NCBI GenBank assembly: GCA_963792535.1
Contig: CAWBWQ010000001.1
Span: 288,001 to 352,000, forward strand
Origin: an uncultured Phycisphaerales bacterium
GTDB lineage: Bacteria > Planctomycetota > Phycisphaerae > Tepidisphaerales > Tepidisphaeraceae
Length of the DNA: 64,000 nt
Reading direction: 5' to 3'
Shown: positions 19,189 through 29,021 of the stretch, piece after piece
Layout of the letters: each line of letters starts with the position of its first letter
Numbering within the stretch: position 1 is the stretch's first letter
Position numbers and translations under genes: made by a program
Notes under the pieces: model-generated
Told to the model about the DNA's origin: nothing
Databases searched by the model: none
The model's input: the letters and a program-made list of their open reading frames with translations, nothing else

Positions 19189-20769
19189 TTACTTGGACAG
19201 CGCTTGCTCAACTGCCTTCATTAATTCTTCGCCTTGCAAGTTCTTTCCAATCACTTTTCCGTCGGGTCCGATGAGCCAGATCGAGGGAATTCCACGCACG
19301 GCATAAAGCTTTTCGATGGGTGAATCCCATTCATCTCCCCCAAGATAGCCCTGATTCCATCCGAGATGATGGGCAGCTACAAATCCCGCCGGCCGATCGG
19401 GAGTCTCATCGGCGCTCAGGCTTATCATTGCCAGGCGTTGGTCGCTTCCAAACTTCTGATAAACCGCCTTCACATTTTCCATTTCTCCCACACAGGGGCC
19501 GCACCATGTGGCCCAAAATTGAAGCAACACGTACTTCCCCCGAAAATGGGAAAGCTGCAACGGATGGTCGTCCAAAGCTGGAGCAGTAAAATCAGGTGCT
19601 AAATCACCAACATTTACGTCCCGCACCATTGCCACAGCAACCGTTGGTATTTCAAGAGGTGTGTCACTTCGGCCACCAGGCATTTGATTCACAGTGAACT
19701 CAGCTTGCCCTTCGGCCAGACAAATGGGTCGCTGTGATCCAACCTTTCCGCTCTGCACATAGAAGTCAATTCGATAGCTTCCCGGTTCAACGTCTTCAAT
19801 CCTGAATGTTTGATCGTCTTGAATATCAAACGGGTAAGTGCCTGCCCACATCCGCTCATTCCGCGTCTGCTGTGCGGCACTGAACTTTGCAGCCTCGCTG
19901 GTGTGCTCGGGAGCATTCCACCAATCGATTTGCTTCCTTATTGACTGCGTCCTCACTTCCTTGGGGATGATTGACGCGGCTGCATTGGTCGAAGGGACAG
20001 CGCTGCAAAGCCAATACGACCAATCGTGACGGCTGCTTAGGCCGGGAGGCAATGCAACATGGCCGACAACGGCACAACCTCGACCGCCGATGTTCAGGGT
20101 GGTTGTCATGCCCGAATGGACTTTCACGACGCGCATCGGGCGCTCAAGCCGTGCTCCCCAATTTGTCGGATCATCGGGGGCTACATTTGCTTCGCCGGGC
20201 GGCGTTCGAGCAATCTGATAACTGCCGAGTGAATCCGCCGTCCCATGACTTACAAACATGACGACAGTCGCCTGTCGATCATCGTTGGAGGGATGTTCGC
20301 CACCGCCTCTTACGCCCCAAGCGATAACTTTTAGCCCACCACCGGGCTTCTTTCCTACGGAACGTCGGCCTTCGATATTGCCCCAAGCCGTAAGCTGTAC
20401 TGTGTCGTTTTCGTGGACTTCATCTTGAGTTAACAGGGTTGAGCCAACCGCATCAATGATCACGAGCAAGAACTTCGCCGGGAGATTTGAAAAGCTCAGT
20501 CGGCCAGCCGAATCTGTGGAACCAAGTATATAAGCAGGATCGTTATCAAAGTCTTTTCCATCGGTCACAGTCAATGTGTGTCCGGGTGGCACGAGCACTG
20601 CGAGTGCACCAACTACCGACTTTCCGTCGGATGAGACCACACTAAATGATAAATTTGATTGTCTAACGGTAGTCGTCGTCTGGGCCAACAAGGTTGTTGT
20701 CGGAACCCATCCTAGCGCCAAGATCCGCATGAATAATACGAAGATAGATGGATGCCGAAAGATGGACAT
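19189..20769 (-). CDS. secreted TlpA/ResA-like redoxin with N-terminal beta-sandwich domains
   Basis: APDFT..LSHFRGKYVLLQFWATWCGPC..GIPSIWLIGPDGKV. Confidence 0.85.
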   Translation of the reverse strand: MSIFRHPSIFVLFMRILALGWVPTTTLLAQTTTTVRQSNLSFSVVSSDGKSVVGALAVLVPPGHTLTVTDGKDFDNDPAYILGSTDSAGRLSFSNLPAKFLLVIIDAVGSTLLTQDEVHENDTVQLTAWGNIEGRRSVGKKPGGGLKVIAWGVRGGGEHPSNDDRQATVVMFVSHGTADSLGSYQIARTPPGEANVAPDDPTNWGARLERPMRVVKVHSGMTTTLNIGGRGCAVVGHVALPPGLSSRHDWSYWLCSAVPSTNAAASIIPKEVRTQSIRKQIDWWNAPEHTSEAAKFSAAQQTRNERMWAGTYPFDIQDDQTFRIEDVEPGSYRIDFYVQSGKVGSQRPICLAEGQAEFTVNQMPGGRSDTPLEIPTVAVAMVRDVNVGDLAPDFTAPALDDHPLQLSHFRGKYVLLQFWATWCGPCVGEMENVKAVYQKFGSDQRLAMISLSADETPDRPAGFVAAHHLGWNQGYLGGDEWDSPIEKLYAVRGIPSIWLIGPDGKVIGKNLQGEELMKAVEQALSK

Positions 20770-20896
20770 TTGTCCTCCGCGGTAAGCGCGAAACGGCGAC
20801 GGATCTCGTTTATGTCGCAGGTCGATTTAGCCATCATATGGTGATGGCCAGAATGGCGACAGTCGCACAAGGTTGTTCGACTTATGATGTATGGAA

Positions 20897-21058
20897 TCAC
20901 ATGGCTGTGGGATGAAGCTCTCGTTGTCTGATGCCGATGTTGAAATGTTCGAACAGGGGTTGATCAACCATGGAAACTAGATCCGTTCCCGATGTTTCTG
21001 CCTTTCGCAGAACTTCAGCGGCCATGGCGGAGATGCAGGTGTCCAACAGCACTTTCAC
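20897..21058 (-). pseudogene. DUF5615 PIN-like toxin remnant
   Basis: GTG start overlaps the DUF433 stop; MKVLLDTCISAMAAEVLRKA, then similarity is lost. Confidence 0.6.
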
Positions 21059-21309
21059 GCTGCTGATCCAACAACAGTGACAAGATCGATTCGCTCGTGT
21101 GCGACCAGCTTGTACGCATAAAGCATGCAAGCACGGATGTCGTCGGGTTCTAGAAAAGGATACGCGGCAATGATGTCTGCGGCAGCATCGCCGGCTGCCA
21201 ACATCGATAGTACGTGTTCGACTGCCAGTCGCCTGCCGCGCAGAATCGGTTTGCCCCCGAAAATTGCAGGGTCGGATGTGAGGCGACGAAGCAAATCGGT
21301 GTCAGTCAT
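21055..21309 (-). CDS. DUF433-family antitoxin
   Basis: RLTSDPAIFGGKPILRGRRLAVEHVLSMLAAG..YPFLEPDDIRACMLYA. Confidence 0.9.
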   Translation of the reverse strand: MTDTDLLRRLTSDPAIFGGKPILRGRRLAVEHVLSMLAAGDAAADIIAAYPFLEPDDIRACMLYAYKLVAHERIDLVTVVGSAA

Positions 21310-21394
21310 GGCGTCGAGAACATACCATATTCGGCGGATTAACGCATGATCGATGCTGACCAACAAACCGGCTATGCGAGCGTTATCGATCCGC

Positions 21395-21418
21395 GACTCG
21401 ACTAAGCTCGTCGAAGTC
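21395..21418. repeat. 24-nt small dispersed repeat (reads DFDELSRV on the minus strand)
   Basis: gactcgactaagctcgtcgaagtc, similar to the 22-nt insert at 16306-16327. Confidence 0.6.
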
Positions 21419-21539
21419 CAGCCGTAGGCTAAACTGATTCTGCGCAGGATTTGCAGTCCGCAGACTTGCGGTGATCAGACCTGCGGTCGGCAGATCAAGC
21501 CGATCGAATTCCAGTCGCGGACAAAGAAGCTGATCTGGG

Positions 21540-24099
21540 TTAGGATTGATCCGCAGTGGGGATAGCACTCAAGAAAGAGAAACCCTGCCACGCGCCGGGC
21601 GTAGCGCTGGACGAGAGTTTCAGCATGATGATTTTAATCTCGATTCGGATTGAATCTGGCGGTTGAAGACAAGTACTTCGATCGATCACCGAGCCGTCAG
21701 TGGGCCGGCACTGGTCTTCCACGCCCCATGTCTTATTCGGCTGCGGGCCCAGCACCAGGTCCAGAGTTCCGCCGGCTGCGATTTCGGAATAATTCAGCCA
21801 GCAGCGGTTGAACGGCTTGCCGTTGAAGGTGGCGGACTGGATATAGATATTCTCGGGCGATTGGTTCTTCGTCGTGATCGTGAAGGTGCCGCCCTTGGTA
21901 TATTTCGGGTCGAGTTTGAGTGTGACCTTATCGAAAAGCGGGGTGAAGACTTCAAAGCGGGGATCGCCTGCGCAGATCTGGTGCAGGCCAATGGCGGCCA
22001 AGGCGTACCAGGCGGACATCTGGCCGCAATCGTCGTCGCCGGGCATGCCTTCGGGGCCGGGGAGGTAGACCTTCATCGATTCGCGCACCCATTTCTGCGT
22101 CAGCCACGGTGCGCACGGCGCGATTGAACAGAAGGGAGATCAGCTCGGTTGGTTCGTTAACCGGATTGTTATAAGGGTTCCACCACGGCTCCTGACCCCT
22201 TGCGTGGTACGGGTGCGGAATGCCGCTGTAGGGGCTCCACGTGCTGAAGTCCGGCGTGCGCTCGAAGAAGTCGCGCAGCTTTGCAATGAAAAGATCCTTG
22301 CCGCCGTCGAGCTGAATCATGGCGGGCACATCGTAATAGACGGTCCAGCCGGCCTGGTAGACCGTAGCCTCGCGTGTTGTTCCCTCTTCGAGCAGGCCGG
22401 TCCACTTCACGAAGTCGCCTTTGGCGTCTTTGGCACGGAACCAGCCTTTCCACTCGGGCTTGGCGTCGGTGCCTGCCTTGTCGTAGGTCCATGGCGCGTT
22501 GGGATCAAAGATCAGCTTATAGGAGGTGGACTGCTGCTGGTACTTGGCGGCGTCATCCTTCTTTCCCAGCGCCGTGGCGAGCTGCGCCAGGTTCCAGTCA
22601 TCCAGCCCGTACTCTGTGGTTTCGGAGATGTTGCCCGGATTGTAGCCGGTGGGCGCGTAGCCGAATGCTTGCACCGTGTTGACCGAGTCTTCGTAAGCTT
22701 TGGCGATATCGTAGCCGCGAATGCCTTTCTGGTAGGCGTCGTTAATGACGGCGACCTCCGGGTTACCGATCATGACACCGCTATAGTGGCCCATGATTTC
22801 CCATCGGTCGTAGTAGTGGGTGCCGTTGGTTTCGGCGAGACTCAGCATGCTGTTGATTTGATCATTGACCACGGTGGGATCGAGCAAAGTCAAGAGCGGA
22901 AACTCGCTGCGGTACACGTCCCAACCGCTGAAGATGGTCCGGTTCGTAAACCCGTCCGCATGGTGGGGCTTGAAGTCTCCTCCGGGATAATTCCCATCCA
23001 AGTCCTGGTCGATTTGCGGAAACTGCAGAGCGCGATAGAGGGCGCTATAATAGATCGTTTTATTGTCCTCCGTGCCGCCCTCTACCGCGAGGCGGCCGAT
23101 CTCCCTGGACCAGGCGTCGCGCGCCTGCTGATGGATTTTATCGAAGTCCCAATCGGAAATCTCAGCGGAGAGATTGGCCCGGGCTCCGGCGATACTGACG
23201 AAGGAGATGCCGGATTTGACCAGGACGGTATCGCCGGCCTTGGTGGGAAACTCCGTGTAAAATCCGAGGTGAGCGCCTTCCATGTCCTTGGCGCTCGGCG
23301 TTACCTTCGCGGCCTTGCAAGCTGCCACAAAGGAAGCACTGCTGTTGTTGATGGCCCGGCTCATCTTGAAACCGGGCGTTGTCCACTCCGGCGACAGCGC
23401 GGCATCTCACATGCCTGACTTGACGAACGGCTTGCTGAATTCCAAGTGGTAATAGGCTGTGTAAGTACAGTGCCACCCTCCGCCGGCCGGCGTGTAGTCG
23501 ATCTGGCCTTCGATTGTGTGATCATCTACCACTTTGCAGGTCTGGTGGAACGACGTCCCGCCGTTGCGGTGGGAGAGGTCTATCTGGATGCGTGACTGCT
23601 GGTTCTCCGGAAACGTGAAGCGCAGGATGCCGCTGTGCGGAGCGACGGTCATTTCCGCGCGCGCCTGGTACTCGTCCAATGTGACAGCGTAATAGCCTGC
23701 AGTCGCCTGCTCGGTAGACTTGGAATAATTCGAACCGTAGCGCTCGCCGGGTTTACCTCCGCCCCAGAAGGTATTCAGCGGGCCGGTTGTAGGAGTCACC
23801 AGAACATTGCCAAGCTCGCCGCCGTCCGCGCCGCCCAGGTGGGTGAAGCTAAAGCCCTGAATAAACTTACCGCCGTAGCGATAGCTGATGTTCCCGCCGT
23901 TATCAGGGCTGAGCTTCACCATGCTGAACGGAACGGTAGCGCCGGGGAAATCCTTGCCCATGTGGCCGGTGCCAATGAACGGATCAATATAGTCAATCGC
24001 GTCTTTGGCTTGGAGTGTCGAAAGAGAGAGACCGACAGATGCCAGGAAGGTCAGCATCACCAGGTTAGCACGTTTCAAGTAATTTTTATGAGATATCAT
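21540..24099 (-). CDS. GH92 alpha-mannosidase, copy 1 (frameshifts near 23400 and 22115; 3' end uncertain)
   Basis: IDPFIGTGH..FPGATVPFSMVKLSPD, FSGWDVYRS, NEP and GDDDCGQMSAWY across three ORFs. Confidence 0.9.
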
Positions 24100-24127
24100 G
24101 GTTCAACTCAAAAGAGGTTGGCTGGGC

Positions 24128-26522
24128 TTATTTCAAGCCCCAGTTCTTATTAGGCTGCGGTCCGAGGACGAGGTCGAGAGTTCCCCCGGCTGTTATTTCG
24201 GAATAGCTCAACCAGCAGCGATCAAGGGGTTGACCATTGAGCGAAGCCGACTGGATATAGATATCTTTGGGAGAATTATGTTTAGCCGTAATCGTAAAGC
24301 TTCCTCCTTTGGTATAGGTGGGATCGAGCTTTAAGGTTGCTTTGTCAAAGACGGGCGTAAAAATCTCGAACCGTGGATTCCCTGGACACGACTGATGCAT
24401 GCCTATGGCACAAAGGGCATACCATGCCGACATTTGCCCCGTATCATCGTCTCCGGGCATGCCTTCGGGTCCGGTTAAAAAAACCTTTTCCGATTGGAGT
24501 ACCCATTTTTGTGTCAGCCAGGGAGCGCCCGACCAGTTGAATAAAAAGGGAATGAGTTCCGTGGGTTCGTTAACGGGATTATTATAGCAATTCCACCAGG
24601 GCTCCTGCCCCTTCTTGTGGTAGGGGTTTTTAGTGCCGCTATAGGGACTCCAGGTGGTAAAGTCGGGGGCTCTGCTAAAAAAATCATCCAGCTTCGCTGT
24701 GAAGAGTTCTTTGCCCCCGTTTAACTCGATCATCCCCGGAATATCATGGTACGCGGTCCAGCCTGCCTGATAGACGGTTGCTTCGCGGGTGGTCCCTTCT
24801 TCGAGCAGTCCCGTCCACGGCACGAAGTCGCCCTTGCCATTGCGAGCGCGGAACCAGCCTTTCCAGTCTGGGTGGGAATCGAGGCCGGCGCGGTCGTAGG
24901 TCCAGGCCTGTTGTGGATCGAACAGTTGCTTATAGTTAGTCGAGAGCTGTAGATATTTTGCAGCATCGTCTTTGTTTCCGACTGCATTTGCGAGCTGCGC
25001 CATGTTCCAGTCACAAAGCGAATATTCCATCGTTTCGGAAATGTTTCCCGGAGTATATCCCTGTTTCGACGTACCGTACTTCACCGTGCTATTTACAGCG
25101 ATTTTATATGCCTCTGGCAAATCAAAGTTTCGAATCCCTTTCTGGCAGGCATCGTTAACAACGATGATCTCGGGATTGCCAATCATGCACTGGGTGTAGC
25201 AGCCCATGATTTCCCACCGGTTATAAAGATTGGTGCCATTGGCCTTAGCGAGAGATATCATGCTGTTGATCTGATCATTCACCACCGTCGGATCGATCAA
25301 GGTGAGCAAAGGGTACTCGCTGCGGTAAACATCCCACCCGCTGAAAATCGTCCGGTTGGTAAAACCGTTCGCGCGGTGAACCTGTCCGTCACCGCCGGTA
25401 TAGTTGCCGTCTACATCTCCAAAGGTCTGCGGGAACTGTAAAGCGCGATAAAGCGCAGCTGTAGTAGATCGTTTTGTCGTCCTCGCTGCCGCCTTCTACA
25501 GCCAAACGGCCAATTTCCTGCGACCAGGCGTCCCGCGCCTTTTGATGCAGCTTATCAAAATCCCAGTCGGGAATTTCAGCCGTAAGATTCGCCCGGGCAC
25601 CCGCCAAACTAACGAAGGATATACCGGCTTTAACTTCTACCGAATCACCCGCTTTAGTGGGAAACTCACTATAAAAGCCAATATGTTGGCCTTCCATTTC
25701 TTTACAATCGGGGGTGACCTGTGCGTTTTTACAGGCCTCCGCGAAACTGGGAGTATTAATGCCAACTGTCTTGCCCATCTTGAAGGACGGCGCCTGCCAT
25801 TCGGGAGGCAGAGTCGCACTCCAGACGCCTGACTTAATGAACGGCTTACTAAATTCCATATGGTAGAAGACGTTGTAGTGACACCCGCCGCCAAAAGTCC
25901 AGCCTCCCCAACCCTCCTTGAATTGAATCTCGCCTTCGATGGTGTGATCGTTCACGACTTTCACACTTTGATGGAAAGAGGAACCTCCATTGCGGTGCGA
26001 AAGGTCAATTTGTATGCGGGACTGTTCATTCTCGGGAAACGTAAAGCGCAGCATACCGCTGTGTGCCGCTGCGGTCGCTTCGGCACGAACCTGATAGTCG
26101 GCCAGGGTCACAGCATAGTAACCGGCCGAGGCATGTTCGGTGGATTTCGCGAAACTCGAAGAATATCCGTGAACCTTGTCGACTGTGTTCCAATACGTAT
26201 GCAAAGGGCCCGTTGTGGCCGAGACTAAAACATTGCCTAATTCGGCTCCGTCCGCTCCACCAAGGTGGGTAAAGCTAAAACCCTGAATCGTAGAGTCTGA
26301 ATAGTAATAGAGCCCGCCGTGACCGGTATCGGGGCTCAGTTTTACCATGCTGAACGGGATTGTCGCACCAGGAAAATCTTTTCCTTGATGTCCGGTGCCG
26401 ATGAATGGGTCGATGTAATCGACCGCATCCTTGGCCTCCAACGACGGAAGATTTATTAACAGCATCGCCAAAACGGCAATGAGCATCAATCGAGGATTAA
26501 GTTGAGCGAGCATTCTTCGCAT
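24128..26522 (-). CDS. GH92 alpha-mannosidase, copy 2 (frameshift near 25458)
   Basis: Same motifs, GDDDTGQMSAWY; signal peptide. Confidence 0.9.
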
Positions 26523-26596
26523 TATATAGTTTTTAAATAAGGGGGTGGAAGCGCCAGACAAAACGATAAAGACCAACGGATAAAGGCAGCAGGGTG

Positions 26597-28975
26597 TTAT
26601 TGCAGTCCCCAGTTCTTATTCGGTTGCGGGCCAAGGACCAGGTCGAGAGTTCCCCCGGCTGTTATTTCGGAATAGCTCAACCAGCAGCGATTCAGCGGTT
26701 GGCCGTTGAGCGTTGCCGATTGAATGTAAACATTCTCCGCGGAATTGTTCGTGGCGGTGATGACGAACGCCTGTCCCTTGGAGTATTTGGCATTGAGATT
26801 CAACGTGACCTTATCGAACAAGGGAGTAAAGATCTCATAGCGGGGATCACCCGGGCACGCCTGCGCCAGGCCGCTTGCGCCCAGGACATACCAGGCGGAG
26901 ACCTGCCCTTCGTCATCATCGCCACAAAGTCCGTTCGGGCTGGCACCGTAAGCCTCCGTGCACAGGCGACGGACCCATTTTTGCGTCAGCCACGGCGCGC
27001 CGGCGCGATTGAAAAGAAACGGAATGAGATGGCTTGGTTCATTCGGCTGGTTGTCGTACGAATTCCATTTGTTGAGCTTGGGTGTGCGGTCAAAGAAATC
27101 GCTCAGCTTGGCGACAAAGAGATCCTTGCCCCCGAGAAGTTGAATCAGACCGGGAATATCGTGAGGGACAAACCAGCCGTTCTGGAAAATAGTCGATTCC
27201 ATTCCGCCGTTGCCGGAAGTCAGCCCCTCCCATGGCACCCAGTTTCCGTTCTTGTTCCTGTTGCAAAACCAACCTTTCCAATCGGGATGATTCGTGTGGC
27301 CGGATTTGTCATATGTCCATGGCGCATCGGGATTGAACATGGCGTGGTATTCCTGCGCCTGATCCAAGTACTTTTTAGCAGCATCGGCTTTACCAAGGGA
27401 ACCGGCCAATTGGGACATGTTCCAGGCTGCAAAATCGTTTTCCAATGGAACCGACACTCCATACTTACCCGATTCATTGCCGTTTTTATCGCAGGTATTG
27501 ACTGAATATTCGTAGGCTTTAGCCAGGTCAAAATTACGGATGCCTTTTTGATAGGCATCATTGATAACAATCACTTCCGGGCTGCCGCACATGCATCCGG
27601 TGTAGGAATTGAACAATTCCCAGCGATCGAAATAGTGGCTACCGTTTTGCTCGGCAAGATCGACGACGCTGTTGATATGATCGTTGATGATGTCGGGAGC
27701 AATGATCGTCAACAGGGGAAACTGGCTGCGGTAGATATCCCAGCCGCTGAAGACCGTGCGTTTAATAAAGCCCTTGGCTTGATGAACCTTCCCATCGGCG
27801 CCGGGATAGTCGCCGTTGACATCAGAGTAGATTCGCGGATCGACCAGCGCGTGGTACATCGAGGTATAGAAAATTGTTTTTTGGTCCTCCGTACCTCCAT
27901 CCACCGATACGCGGCTTAGGGCATGGACCCACAGGTCGTGCGCCTGCCGCCGGGTGGCGTCAAAATCCCAGGTTGGTATTTCCGCGGCCAGGTTGGCGCG
28001 GGCGTTGTCGATACTGACATAAGAAATGCCAGCTTTGAGCAGAATCACATCTTTGTCCTGGGTCGGAAATTCGGCGTAAAAGCCCAGGTGTTGGCCTTCC
28101 TTTTCCCGGCAACCGGGAAGCTTTTCGGCAGCCTGGCAGGCTTTCACCAACTCCGGTTTTGCCGTGCTGGCCGCCCTGTAGTTAGCCGGCAAAGTAGCGC
28201 TCCAAACTCCGAAACTGTTCAGCGGTCGGCTGAATTCCGCGTGGTAATAGAGCGTGTAAGCCACCTTGCCGCCCATAAAGCCGCCACCCTGATGCGTGCA
28301 ATCGATTTGTCCTTCGATGGTATGGTCGTTAACGACCTTTACGGTTTGGTGAAGGGAGGTGCCCCCGATGCGCCGGGCCAGATCGATCTGAATTCTGGCT
28401 GCAGGATCCTTGGAAAACGTAAAGCGAAGAATGCCGCTGCGCGGGGACGCCGTCATCTCCGCTCTCACTTTGTAGTCGGCCAGGGTCACTGCATAGTAAC
28501 CCGCCTCGGCGACTTCGGTATTCTTTGCATAGGAGGAGAGATACCCGGTGCCAGGTTTGTCGGTTTCACCATACCAGGTTTGGAGTGGACCTGTTGTAGG
28601 CATCACCATGAAGTTTCCCAGGTCACCGTTCGCTCCCACGCCACTCAAATGTTGAAAACTGAAACCTTGAATGGTGGAGTGCGGATAACAATAGCCAGCC
28701 CCGTTATCCCCGCCGGTGATGGTGTCCGGGCTTAGCTGGACCATACCCGCGGGCGTACAGGCACCGGGAAAAAGCTTGCCGTGAAACCCATCAAAGTTCG
28801 GGTCCATTGCGGGAAGGCGCGCTCTTTCCTCCTTCGTCGGATTCATGCTGGAAGTACCAATCAAGGGATTGACGTAGTCTGCCGGATCCTTAGCCAGAAC
28901 CACCGCGCAAGATAGAACTAGATTTCCCAGAAGGAAAAAACCCCGAGAGACATTCAGAACCGTTGGCATCTTCAT
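26597..28975 (-). CDS. GH92 alpha-mannosidase, copy 3 (intact)
   Basis: YVNPLIGT, GMVQLSPDT, NEPSH and GDDDEGQVSAWY. Confidence 0.93.
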   Translation of the reverse strand: MKMPTVLNVSRGFFLLGNLVLSCAVVLAKDPADYVNPLIGTSSMNPTKEERARLPAMDPNFDGFHGKLFPGACTPAGMVQLSPDTITGGDNGAGYCYPHSTIQGFSFQHLSGVGANGDLGNFMVMPTTGPLQTWYGETDKPGTGYLSSYAKNTEVAEAGYYAVTLADYKVRAEMTASPRSGILRFTFSKDPAARIQIDLARRIGGTSLHQTVKVVNDHTIEGQIDCTHQGGGFMGGKVAYTLYYHAEFSRPLNSFGVWSATLPANYRAASTAKPELVKACQAAEKLPGCREKEGQHLGFYAEFPTQDKDVILLKAGISYVSIDNARANLAAEIPTWDFDATRRQAHDLWVHALSRVSVDGGTEDQKTIFYTSMYHALVDPRIYSDVNGDYPGADGKVHQAKGFIKRTVFSGWDIYRSQFPLLTIIAPDIINDHINSVVDLAEQNGSHYFDRWELFNSYTGCMCGSPEVIVINDAYQKGIRNFDLAKAYEYSVNTCDKNGNESGKYGVSVPLENDFAAWNMSQLAGSLGKADAAKKYLDQAQEYHAMFNPDAPWTYDKSGHTNHPDWKGWFCNRNKNGNWVPWEGLTSGNGGMESTIFQNGWFVPHDIPGLIQLLGGKDLFVAKLSDFFDRTPKLNKWNSYDNQPNEPSHLIPFLFNRAGAPWLTQKWVRRLCTEAYGASPNGLCGDDDEGQVSAWYVLGASGLAQACPGDPRYEIFTPLFDKVTLNLNAKYSKGQAFVITATNNSAENVYIQSATLNGQPLNRCWLSYSEITAGGTLDLVLGPQPNKNWGLQ

Positions 28976-29021
28976 ACCCTTTGTATTAACTCATACGGTA
29001 GCAATCACAATGCGTTGAGGG

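Noticed and set aside
22204..23418. 404-aa plus-strand ORF and similar long antisense ORFs (819-1865, 26594-27505, 54323-55171, 62710-63597)
   Set aside because: Shadows of well-supported genes on the opposite strand in GC-rich DNA
22088..25460. Programmed frameshifting or phase variation in the GH92 genes
   Set aside because: No slippery heptamer or long homopolymer at the sites; the window-wide indel rate explains them
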